Source: Phycisphaerales bacterium (GTDB taxonomy: Bacteria > Planctomycetota > Phycisphaerae > Tepidisphaerales > Tepidisphaeraceae). Taken from it: a stretch of DNA of 51,394 nt. The translations under genes and the position numbers were made by a program. Positions 37,901-49,900 of this stretch are shown piece after piece. Location: the NCBI GenBank assembly GCA_034666045.1, contig JAXDMN010000432.1:1-51394 (forward strand), given 5' to 3'. The stretch's first letter is position 1. The number at the start of each line of letters is the position of its first letter. Below the pieces are notes generated by a model. That model was not told where the DNA came from, made no database searches, and worked only from the letters and a program-made list of their open reading frames with translations.

Positions 37901-40900
37901 GGGGTGATGTTCGCCGTGAGCGGATTGTCGGTGCGCGGCGAAGCGTAGACCTGGCCGATCTGCACACGGTCGGCGCCGAGCCCGAGGTTGATCGTCGTGC
38001 TGGCCATCACGTCGTCAGACGCGACGTAATCGTTCCCGTGCAGCGTGTTGAGGACCAGGCCCTCCATGTTGCGGTAGTTGAAGCGCTCGACCTTGGCGCC
38101 GCCGTCGTTGATCAGCGCGACGAACGCGGTGTCCTGTCCGAGCGCGAGATCGTTGACGTAGTGGGCGTCGAAGGCGGCGTTGGCGGCGTCGAGATCGGTG
38201 GCGTCCGCCTCGAGGGCGTCCTCCACCGCGGCGAGCATGCCGGCCGGGACGACGTGCGGACTGTAGAGGTCCGTGATCGCCTGCGAGATGAGTGCAAACT
38301 TCGCGGCCGCGTCGGCGGCGGCGTTGGCGGTAAAGATATTCTCGATGCGTTTGTGAACCAGCGCCTGCGTTTCCTGGATGTAATCGCCCGCGATGGCGGT
38401 GTTCACCGCCGCGATCACCGCGTTCGTCGTCGCTTCGAGCGACGCCAGACTGCTGCCGTCGATCGGGTTGGCGTCGAAGGCATCTTCCACCGCGTCGAGC
38501 ATGCCGTCCGGCACGCCGTGCACGCCGTAGCGGTTCGTGATGCCCTCCTTGAGCAGGTCGAGCTTCTCCGCCTTGCCGGACTTGAGGATCTTCGAGATGA
38601 GGTGGTCGAGATCGTTGAGACTCGGGAAGTACGCGTCGGACATGCCGCGAAGCAGGAACGTGTCGGCGTCGCCGGTGCCGTCGACGGTGAGGACGTCGGT
38701 GTCACTGAGCCCGCCGGTGTCGTAGGAGGTCGTGAGCTCGGTAGTAGCGCCGCCGCGCGCGGCGATGTTGTAGGAATCGTTTCCGCTTTGTCCGTCGAGG
38801 ATGTCCGAGCCGTAGCCGCCGACGAGCGTGTCGTTGCCGATGCCGCCAGTGGTGGTGTCGTTGCCGTGTCCGCCCTCGAGGAAGTCGTCGCCGGCGTCGC
38901 CGGTGATGGTGTCGAGATCGGAGTTGCCGAAGACGGTGTCGTTGCCGCCGCCGCCGGCGAGCAAGTCGTTGCCGGTGCCGCCGGAGATCCAGTCGTTCTC
39001 AGTTCCGCCGGCGACGGTGTCGTGGCCGTCTTCGCCGAAGATGGAATCCGCGCCTGCGCCGCCGTCGACGTTGTCGCTTTGCGTGCCGGCGTAGACGGTA
39101 TCGTTGCCGGCTTCGCCGGTGATGCTGTCGGCGCCGCTTTCGCCGTAGATCTTGTCGTTTTCGCTGCCGCCCTGGATCGAGTCGACGCCCGTGCCGCCGT
39201 AGATGACGTCTGCGCCGGCGTCGCCCTTGATCGAGTCGTTGCCGCCCTTGCTGCCGTCGGTGTCTTCGACGTGGGTGACGACCTTCGACGCGTTGACGGT
39301 GACCTTGCCGCCGTCGCCGATGAGCGCATCGGCGTCCGCGCCGCCCTCGAGTGAGTCCGCGCCGCCCGCCCCGAAGAGCAGGTCGTCGCCGGCGTCGCCG
39401 TAGATGCTGTCGTTGCCGTCGTTGAGCTTGGGTTCGACGGCGATCGTGGTGCCCTGGATCGAATCCTTGACCGATCCGTCGCCGAACAGCCAGTCGGTGT
39501 TGCCACCGCCGTGGATCTGGTCGTCGCCGGCTTCGCCGAAGATGACGTCCTGGCCGTTGCTGCCCCAGATGGAGTCGTTCCCGGCGCCGCCGAGAATCTT
39601 GCCTGCGCCGGTCGCGGTGGCGCCGGCCTTGATCGTGTCGTTGCCGGCGTTGCCTTCGAGCTCGGCTCCGATGTTGCCGCTGACGCCGGAGAGGTCGATG
39701 GCGTCGTTGCCCTCACCGCCGAGCGCGAGGATCTTCTTCCATCCGCCGCTCGTCGTGTACCTCTGCGTGAAGCCGAACGCGGTGACGAACAATTCGCTGG
39801 CGTTGCCAGTGACGGTAAACGTCTCGTCGCCGTCGGTCTTGTCGCCTTCGACGCGCTCGGCGGCGAATTGGCCCATGTTGAGCTGGAGCACGCCGCCCCC
39901 GACGTCGCTGGCCAGGGTCGGCACGCGCGTGAACGGGAGGTTGAAGTTGAGCAGCTCGAGCGGCGGGGTGATGTCGAACTTCTTGTCGAGCGAGAAGAGC
40001 CCGAGGTCGATCTTGAGGAACGCGAACAGCTTCGCGGTGAGCGAGCCGGTGACGTCGAAGATCGCCAGCGGCGAGAGGATCGGTTCGCCGTACTCGAGCT
40101 CGTTGAGGAAGTTGGTGGCCAGCTCCGACAAGCGGATGCGGCCATCGTGGTTGGGGTCGTGGAGGTTAAAGTCGATCTCTGCGAAGAGGCCGCCCCCGAC
40201 GCCGCCGCGCGCGATGCCGAGGTTCAGCTCCGCCGCCGCCCACAGGCCGGCGTCGAACTGCAATTCCGCGACGTCGACCTTGCCCGTGGCGTCCATGTCG
40301 CCGACGAAGAAGCCGTTGAAGAGCAGCGCCGGGTTGCGGAAATCGCTGGCGGCGAAATCCTGTGCGCCTTGCGTGTCGTAACCGAACGAGAAGTCGATGA
40401 GCGCTTCGAACTCCGCGTTGATCGACACGCCGAGCGGGCCGAAGATCGAGAAGAACGCGCTGAAGTCCGCTTTGACGCCGAGCGGCGCCATGTCGTACTC
40501 CACGAGCACGGCCGGCGTGCCAAGCAGCATGCCGAAGATCTGCGACGGATCGTCGATGATCGGAAGCTTGAAGCCGCTGCTGGCGCTGCCGCCCGGCAGC
40601 ATCTTCTTCGCCGCGTTCTCGACCGCATCGGAGACCGCCGTCAGCGCGTCCCCAAGTTGGCCCGGCAGCCAATCGAGGTTGCTGGCCAGACCGGAGAGGT
40701 CGATGTTCGGATCGTTCAGGTTCGGCAGGGCCGCGTCGCCCGCGCCGGCCGCTTCCGCGTCATAGATGACGAACGTGCCGTCCGGGAAGATCTCGTCGAA
40801 GTACAGGATGAGGTTCGGGCCGGAGATGCCGCTCAAGCTGCTGGCGATGTCGACGACTTCGTCGATCACTTCGATCGCCGTGATGATGCCCGGGTTGATC

Positions 40901-43900
40901 GCGCCGGAGAGGGCGGCGATGTCGAGCAGCGTCGTCGGGCCGGCGAGGTCGGAGATGACCGGGATCGGCGTCGTGAGGAAGTCGAGGAACGGCTTGATCG
41001 GGTTGGTGATCTCCTGGACCTTCTTGACGATCGGCTCGATCAGATCGGAGAAGTACGAGCCGAGGTCGAGGCCGACGTGCTCGAAGCCGACGAACTTCAG
41101 GCCGTTCTCGAGGAATCCGCCGCTCAGGTCCTCCAGGTTGACGAGCGTGCCGGCGGCGCGGTTGCCCAGGGCCCACTCGAGGCGGAAGTCCGCGACGATG
41201 GATGGGAAGTTTGTGGCGGCGTTCGGAATCAGGTCGCTGCTGAGCGCCAGCTTGGCGCCGAGGTCCACGACTGCTTCGGCGGCGAGGCCGGCGGTCACGC
41301 CGATGCGACCCAGCTCCGTGAAGCTGAGCTTCTCGTCCCCGAGGTTGTTGCGGTTGATGATGTCGACGCCGAACGTCGCGCCGAGGTGCGTTGCGGTGGC
41401 GTCGCCGTTCGGGTTGTCGGTCGCGCTGAGCTGGAGGAACCCGAGCGTGCCCTTGATGCTGCCGCCCGGGACGGTGACGTCCGCCTTGACTTCGAGCTCG
41501 GGGTGCTTGACGCCGAGCGCGTCCTTGTTGGCGATGTCGAAGTAGAAGCCGTCGTCGAAGTTGATGCCGAAGCCGAGCGCCAGCTTCCAGTCGAGCGCGA
41601 ACGCGACCGCGCCGGTGGTCTCAAGCCCCAGGCCCGGGATGCCGACGTCGAATCCGATGCCCGCGCTGGCGTCGATCGTGTCGCCGAGCGCGAAGTCCCA
41701 GTCGAAGAACAGGTCTTCCGGCGCAACCCCGGCGTCATTGATGTTGGTGGTGAACTTGATGTCGGCGACGGTGATGTCTGTCCCCGCGTCCGGGCCGTCC
41801 TTCAGCAGGCCCAGACCCGTGCCGCCGAGGAGCTGGAAGAGGATCTTGGAGACCGGGTCGGGCTGCCCGCCGGTGACGGCGTTGAACGCCGCCGCCGGAT
41901 TCGCCAGCGATTCGATCGCGGCGCGGAAGTCGGTGATGAAGCCGTCGCGGAAGTCGCCGATCATGTCGGCGGCGTCGGAAAGCTTGTCGCCGATCAGCGG
42001 CAGGTCGAAGCTGAACAAGTCGCCGTCGAGCAAGTCCTGCAAGCCGTCGAGGAACATGTCCACGCCGTCCACGCCGAGCAGCAAGCCGTCGAGGATGCTG
42101 ATCTGCGTCGGGTCGAAGAGAAAGAGCTCCCCGACGTTGCTGAGCGGGAGGTCGTTCTCGTCGGTCGCGGTGGGCGTGGCGCTGAACGTGAAGGCGTCGG
42201 TGTTGGTGTCGTAGCCGATGATCGCGTCGAAATGGACGGTGCCGGCGCGCGTCGAGGCGGTGGGGAAGTAGACCGGCAGATCCACGTCGACGACCGCGCC
42301 GACCGAGGCGGAAAACGCGTCGCTGAGATCGAGATCGCTGACCAGCGTGCGCCCGTTGACGAAGGTCGCGCCGCTCAAGTCGGCGGCGAAGAGCTTCGGC
42401 GGGGTGGCGGCGTTGCTGTCGTGATCGACGGTGCCATGGATGTCGGCGTGGCCGCCGTTGACGAAGACACCGAGCGGGCCGGCGGCGGCGTTGAACGAGA
42501 GATTCGCGCCGTTGATGTTGAGCGAGCCGTTCAAGCCGGTGGTGTCGAAGACGTAGATCTGCGTCGGATCATCGAGGCGCAGCCCGACGTCGAGCTGGAG
42601 ATCGAGTGAGCCGGTCGCGCTCAAGTCCGCCGCGCCGCCGAGGCTGAGCGCGCTGCCGAGATCGAAGTCGAGGTTCAGCGATTCAGCGAACGACGCCGAG
42701 ACGCTGAGCTCCATCTTGAGAATCTGGAAGTCGTCCGATGTCGACGCGGTGTCGTTGTCATCGTTGACGAGCACGAGCTGGAACAGATCGCTGCCCGGGC
42801 CGCTGAGCGGGATGCCGAACGCTTCCTTGATCTTGTTCTCGAGGAGCTGAACGGTGCCGGCCGGGTTGGCCTCCGCCTCGTCGATCGCCTGCGCGAACTT
42901 GTCGGCGATGTCGATCAAATCGGTGACGCTGACGTTGACCAGCGGGAGCGGCTCGCTGAGGAAGCCGAAGGTCTCGAACTCCTGAAGGAACGACGCAAGA
43001 GTTTTGAGCCCCTCGATGATCGTTTGGAAGTCGAAGTCGAGGTTGCCGAAATCGACGAGGTCGCCCAGGTCCGGGAACGTGAGGTTGACGGTCGGGAGAT
43101 CGCCGGTGAACGGGTTCCCGAGGTCGACGACGTTGAAGACGATCTGCGGATTGCTGCCTAGGTTCAGACCGGGCAACGTCGGGTTCACGCTGACATCGAG
43201 CGCGATCGAGCCGCCGCCGGTCAGCGTCGGGTTCTTCACGATCGAAGTGATGTTGCTCAGCGAGCTCATGAGCTGCGTGAGGGTGATCGGATCATTCGGT
43301 GTGGCCGGATCGGGGTTCTTCAGCCCCATGTTGAACGTTGCATTGATGTTGCCGCCGCCGTCGAGCTCGACGCCGACGAAGCCGAACTTCGCCGTGGCTT
43401 CGAGCGGCGTGGGCGTGGACATGTGCAGGCCGACGTTGATGTCCGCGGTCTGGATGAAGAAGCGGTCGGTCAGCCTGATGCCGCCGATCGCCGAGCCGTC
43501 GATCACGTGGTCAGGCGCTTCGTTGTCGGCGCCGGGGATGGGGGTGGGCGCGTCCTGCTTGAGGATGCCTAGGTCGATGGCGGCAGTCGTGCCGTTCGCG
43601 GTCTCGACGCGGAACATCTCCGTGCCGCTTAGCGTCGTGTCGGTGAGCTTCAGGCCGAGCTGCTTGGCGTCGATTTCGACCTGCACCGCGCCGCCGGTCT
43701 GCGACTCGATCGCGGCCATCACCCCATTGAGGTCCGTGATGCCGTCGAGCGTGATCCCGTGGCGCGTGCCGTTGCGCGTGATGATGAAGAATTCGTAGCT
43801 GTTGCCGACGTTGTTGGCGGCGAGGCCGAAGACGGTGACGGCCGGGTTGGTGGCGACGGCGGTGATGCTGAAGCTGGTGACGCCCGCGTCGATGGCGGTG

Positions 43901-46900
43901 AACGTGAGCCTGCGTCCCGAGGAGGCGACCTTGATGCGCGACTTGGCCGGGATTTCCGGCTCCGTGAGCGTCGCCGGGACTGCCGGGATCGGCGGAATGA
44001 CGGCGTCGATCGCCTTCTGAACGTCGCTGATCACGTCGAGCAGGTTGCGGTTGTTCTGCGTATCCGCCTGGCTGATGACGACGGTCTTCACCGCGCCGCT
44101 CTCGAACGTGTTGAGGCTGAACTGGAAGGTCGCGTCGCCGGCGAGGCGGCCAACGGCGAACGGAAGCTGGTCGCGGGCGATGATCTTGAGCACGCCGTCG
44201 ACCGCCGCGGCGGTCTGGTCGGCGCTGAAGCCGAGATCGCGCACCGCCGGATTGGTATTCTCCGCCGTCAGCTTGAGCGCAGTAGTCGCGCCGATGCCCT
44301 TGAGCACGACCTTGAGCCCGTCGAAGACGGCCTGCACCTGCGTGTTCAAAGCGGCGGTCGTCAGCGCAGCGGTCACGTCGGCGACGAGGTCGGCGACGGT
44401 CGTGTTCGTGTCGGTGCTCGTCTTGGTGACGATCACATCGGTGCCGGTCGCCGAGCCGTTCACGAAGAGCTTGAACGTCGCATCGCCGCTCAGCCGGCCG
44501 TACTCCTGCTTGACGTCCTGCACACCGGTGATGAGCTGCTCGGTCTTGACGTGGACGCCTTCGTTGAGCGCGTTGAGCGCTTCGGTCCCGTCGAGCTTCG
44601 TCGACGACGGCGCCGCGCCGAGGAAGACGCCAACCGTGAGGTTCAGCGTGCCGTCCGCGCTGAGGCGGATGTTGCCGCTGCTTTGCAGCCCGAGCAGGGG
44701 CTCGAGATCGTCGAAGTTGAAGTTGACCGGCAGGTCGAGCGTGCCGAAGGTCTCGTTGAGGTTCAGTGAGAACGTCAGCGTGTCCTTGATCTGATCGTAG
44801 GCGAGGGTGTTGGAACCGAAGATTTCGTTGAGCTTGAGGATCAGCTCCTGCACAGTGGCGAAGGTGGCGGCGTTGTCGGCGTTGACGAGCTTCCACTTGT
44901 CGTTGCCGATCGCGGTGTTGTCGTCGGTGTTGTACGGGTGCGCCAGCGTGTGCAGCGCGCCCGCGCCGACGCCGGTGATGTTGACCGGGACCGGCGTGCC
45001 GGCGGTCGCGTTGGCCAGCGTGCTGGCGAGTTGCAGCGTGTTCCCATCGATCTTGATGACGTAGTACGTCCCGCCGTTGCTCAGCCCGGGGACGACCGTC
45101 CCGCCGCCCGCGTCGTACTTGACGACGTCGCCGGTATTGAGCAGGTGCCCGGCGACGGTGAGCCGATCCGTTGCCGCGACGACCGCCGCCGCGCCGTCGA
45201 AGGGCGCCGGGCCGCTGGTCTTGTACAGGCGGACTTCCACGCCCGGCCCGCCGTCGAAGCTGAGGGTGAAGGTGGCGTCGCCCGAGAGTTTCCCATTCGC
45301 CGGCGCGGCGCTGGCTGCGAGGATTGACTCGAAGTTGTCGGTACCGCTGGACGTTTGCGCGCCGAAGCCGAGCGTGGGCGCAGAGGTGATGCTGAACTGG
45401 TTGATGCCGGCGTCGTTGAGGATGAGCTTGATCTTCCCGCCGACGTTCTCCGCGCGCACCTTGTCCGCGAGCCCGGCTTGCGCCAGCGCGGTGTTGAGGT
45501 CGTGCAGCAGCGTGGTCGGGCCGTCGAGGGCGTCGTCGTTGTCGTCGATCAGGATCCTGTCGCGGAACGCATCGGCGAAGCCGAGCACCTTGTCCAGCGC
45601 GGGGCCGATCAGCGGAAGGTCGAGCTTCTTGAACTCATCGCTGCGGCGGAACTCGTCGAGCCAGAACGTCAGCTTGCCGAGCAGCCCGGTCATGCTTGCG
45701 GCGTCGATGTTCGTGAAGTTGAACATCTCCGTGAAGTCGATGCCGGTGGGCAGCGTCACCGAGAAACCGCCGGCGCCCGCCGACAGGTTGATCGTCACGC
45801 CGACCGTCGTGCTGGTGTCGTCGTTGTTCGGATCGCCGGCGCCGTCGTCGAACGGATCGATGCCGAGGAACGGCGCAGCGAGCGGCAGCGAGAGGTTGAT
45901 GCTGCCGGTGAGCGAGGGCGTCGAGATGACTGCGGCGGGGGAGCCGACCAGCTCGCTCAAGTCGATGCGGCCAGTCGACGCGGCGTCGCTGTTCGTGCCG
46001 GGATCGTTCAGCAGCATCGTCATGTTCGGGTTGGCCAGGACGGTGCCGTTGACGACCTGCACCTTGAGGAACCCGAGCCGCCCGTCGACGTCGAAGTCGG
46101 TGATGTTGATGTCGACGCCCGCGTCGAGCGACGCGTTTCGGATGAAGATATTGTCGGCGATTCCGCCGCCGCCCACGAGGCCGCCGATGTCGACGCCCAT
46201 GTCGAACGCGAATCCGAAGTGCGCATCGACCGCGCCGGTGAAGTCGGCGTTGATCGCCAGGCCGTCCTGCACGCCGATCTCGAATGCCAGCGCATGGCTT
46301 CCGCTCGCAAACGCGTGCGAGAAATCGATGTGCCAGGTCAGCTCGCCATTCGTCGAGTTGTACTGAAGGTTGACGTCGCTCAGGTCAAGCCCGAGTTCGC
46401 CCGCGAGCATGACCGCCAGCTCTTGCGCGGTGTGGAACCCGGTGTCGATGCCGCCGCCGCCGCTCAGCGGATTGATCAGCTTCGCATCGATCGCCTCGAC
46501 GACGTTGATGATCGTGCTCAACCCGTCCTTGAGCAGCGGCATACCGGTGTTGAGGCCCGCCGCAGTCAGCGTGTCGACGTAGCCGCGCAGCGCCTTGAGC
46601 TGGTCGAGCACCTGCTGCCCGGTGACCTTCATGAAGTCGAAGAACTTCGAGCCGGCCGAACCGGGCGTCGCCGACAGCGCGACCGTCGTCGGGTCGCCGA
46701 GGTCCGCCCAACTGAGCTTCACGTCGCCGTCGAGCAGGGTGATGCCGGAGGCGGTTCCGGGCACGAGCGCGGAGACGCCGAACGTGCCGTCGAGCACGAC
46801 GTCGGCGGGGCCGCCCGGGTTGTTGTCGATGTTGATGTCGATCAGATCGGAGAATTCGGCCGGCTCCAGCTCGGTGAGGCGGATGTTGGAATCCGCGTCA

Positions 46901-49900
46901 ACGCCGGTTCCCGGGTCGGTGAAGCTGAACTCGATGCCGACCGCGGGGTCGACGGTGAGCGTCGCGTCTTTCAACTCGACGCCGAGGAAGCCGAGCCGGC
47001 CCTTGCCGCTGACCGCGCCGTCGATCTCGAAATTGCTCAGCCGGATCGCCGGCGTGCCGGCGGCGCTGGGCTTGAGGAAGAATCCTTCGGCGTCGACGCC
47101 GAAGACCACGTTCAGCGTCACGTCCGCCGTCACTTCCAGTGCGCCGCCGAGCTGGATTTCGCCCAGGGCGCTCATGGCGTTGACGTCGAGGTTGACGATG
47201 CCGTCGAGCGGGCGATTGAGGATCTGGACGGTGAACGTCGGGTCCATCGTGCCGTCGCCGTCGTTGTCATTGGTCGTCGTGTTGAGCGTGACGTTGCCGG
47301 CCGTGCCGTCGAGCGCGTCCAGCGCGTCCTTCAGCGCGTCGAGGTCGGTGATCGTCCCTTCTTCTTCGTCGATGTCGTTGAGGTGGAAGCCGTTAAGGCC
47401 TTCCTCGATCAGGCGGCGCAGGACGGAGGTGGCATTGTCGAGCTGGACCTTGTCGCTGTCGTTGACTTCCGAGACGGAGAGGAACGCATCGTCCTTCGGC
47501 CGCGGCTGATTGATGCGCACGCCGTTCAAGCCGGCGGTGAGTGACTGCGCATTGAGGCCGGCGAGCGCGGTGCCGCCGGCCACGCTGCCCAGCCCGTGCT
47601 GCAGGCTGTTGCTGGCGGTTTGCAGGCCGGAGCCGACCGTGTTGATGGCCGAGGCGATCTGCGTCGCGCCCGGCGGCGTCTCGACGTTCAGCGTCGACCA
47701 GAAGACCATCTGCTTGCCTTCGACGCCGAACGAGTCCTTCGACGTGATCGTGCTCTGGAAGAGCGGGCCGAGGTTGCTGGTCTTCTTGCTCGTCGCCTTG
47801 CGCCGCGCGACGGTGGGGACCGGAAGGCTCAGCGAATCGGTGTCGTCGCCGCCGACGACGGTGATCCCGTCCGGCACGGAGATCGCGCCGTTGGAGTAGT
47901 CGACGACGATCTGGTCGTTGCCGGCGCCGCCGTCGATCAGGATGCTGTTGATCGATGCCAGCGGGACGACGGTGGTCGCAGCCGCCGGCTCGGCGTTGCC
48001 GACGAGGTATTCGTAGATGTTGAGCAGCCACGGGCGCGCCGCGTCGCGGCGCAGCTTGAGGACGTCGGCGCCGGCGGTGCCGGTGATGCTGACCAACCCG
48101 GGGTTGATCAGATCGGCGGTGGGCGCAGTGAAGGCGCCGCGTCCCATGGTGCCGACGAGGACCTGGTTGTTGGTGGTGAACTCGATGTCGCTGACCATCG
48201 CGTTGGGCAGGCCGCCGCCATTGGGGGTGGCGACGCCGTTGACCGTGGGACCGCCGCCGTACTCGTGCCAGTTGCCGTTGGCGGGGAGGGTGAGGTTGTC
48301 GACGCGGCGGAACAGCCCGCCGTCGCCGCCGACAAGGATGACGCGGCGCGTCGCCGTCCGGTGGATCGCGATGTCTTGCAGGTTGGTCGCGCCCGGGAGC
48401 GTGAGCAGGTTGTTGGTCTGCTTGGTCAGCTCGGTCCACTGCCAGTTGGCGGCGGTGCTGTTGTCCATCTGCAGGGCGGGGTTCTTTGCGCCGTCGTCGG
48501 AGAACCAGATCCGCCCGGAGGCGTCAAGCACGTAGACGTGCCGCCAGTCGGTCGGGTCCACTGCGACCGCGACGATGCGCGTGTTCGGCGCCTTCTGCCC
48601 CGCGACTGCCGAACGCCAGCTCACCACCGGGACGAACGGCGTGTTCGCGCCGGCCTGGCGGATGAAGAGGAAGTTGCTCGCCGCGTCGCCGTCTGTGCCG
48701 ACCCAGCCGACGTCCGGCATGGGCGTCGCGCCTTGGAACCCGCCGTACACCATCGCGTTCGGTCGCACCTTGCCGATGAACGCCGTTGGATTCGGCGCGA
48801 AGGTAGCGCCGGTCGCGAGCGGGTTGCCGCCCAGCGGCGTGAGGAGATCGCCGAGGTTCGACCCGACTGCGTTGGTCTCGTAGAGGTACGACGTGCCGAT
48901 GAGCACGCGATTGTTCGCGGCCGCATTGACGACGTACGGCTGGACGAACTGCACGGTGGTATCGAACTTGCCCAGCGCCATGCGCGACGCCGCCGGGCCG
49001 GTCCCGGCGACGCGCAGCGCCGGCGAAGCCGCGCCGATCTTGAAGCCGCCGAAGTTCTGGCTGCTGTAGTAATTTACGCCGTTGCTCGACGCGACGATGG
49101 CGCCGTCACCCTGCGAGAGGTTGCCCCAGCTCAAATTGTTGGGGCCCGACTGGTACGCGACGCCGTTGTCCTGCGTTCCGCCGAGGATCTGGCTGGTGGT
49201 CGCGTTCCACGCGACGGAATAGAACTCGGTGAGGCGGAGGTTGCCGTTGATCGATTGCCAGATCTGGTTCGCGCCTGGGTTGACGAGCTTGTAGATGCCG
49301 CCGTCGTCGACTTCCAGGATGTCGCCGTTCGCGTCGTAGACCATGGCGCGCGAGTCGGCATGCGGGCCGGTGGCCGCGGCGGGCGCGCCGCCCCCGGTGG
49401 CGTTGTTGTCCGTGATCGACCCCCACGCGGTGGTGTTCGGACCGGGCGCGAACGTGCCGCGGAAGAGACGGCCGGTGTAGTTGGTTGCGCCGGCGGCGTT
49501 GCCCGCGCCAAACGTGTCGTCGGGCGTATTGAGGACACCATCCGCGCCCGGCAGCGCCACTTGGCGGTCGCCGCCGACGTAGACGATGTTCGCGTTGTTG
49601 CGATCGGCGATGATGGACAAGTGATTTTCCGCCTGCGCGCCGGGATGGATCCCGCCGTTGGCGTCACCGGGCCGACCCATCGAGCGCCAGGTGGCGCCGT
49701 GGTCGTCGGAGCGGAACATCCCCGCGATGCGCATGCCGCCGCGCCAGATGAAGGCGCCGGGCGTGTGCGCGACGGTCAGGTTGGAGGCGAACGTCAGCCG
49801 CGTATTGCCGCCGACTGTCGCCGTCGCGATGACTTGGCGATTGTCGATCGCCTGGCCCGCCGCGTTGTAGATCCAGACGGTGTCGCCGTTGGTGATCAGC

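Noticed and set aside
32230-39735. Periodic DNA in the RTX-encoding blocks, considered as a possible CRISPR array or tandem-repeat locus
   Set aside because: The periodicity is 27 nt, is degenerate, and is in frame with GGxGxDxxx nonapeptides inside one ORF. There are no conserved direct repeats with unique spacers and no cas genes.
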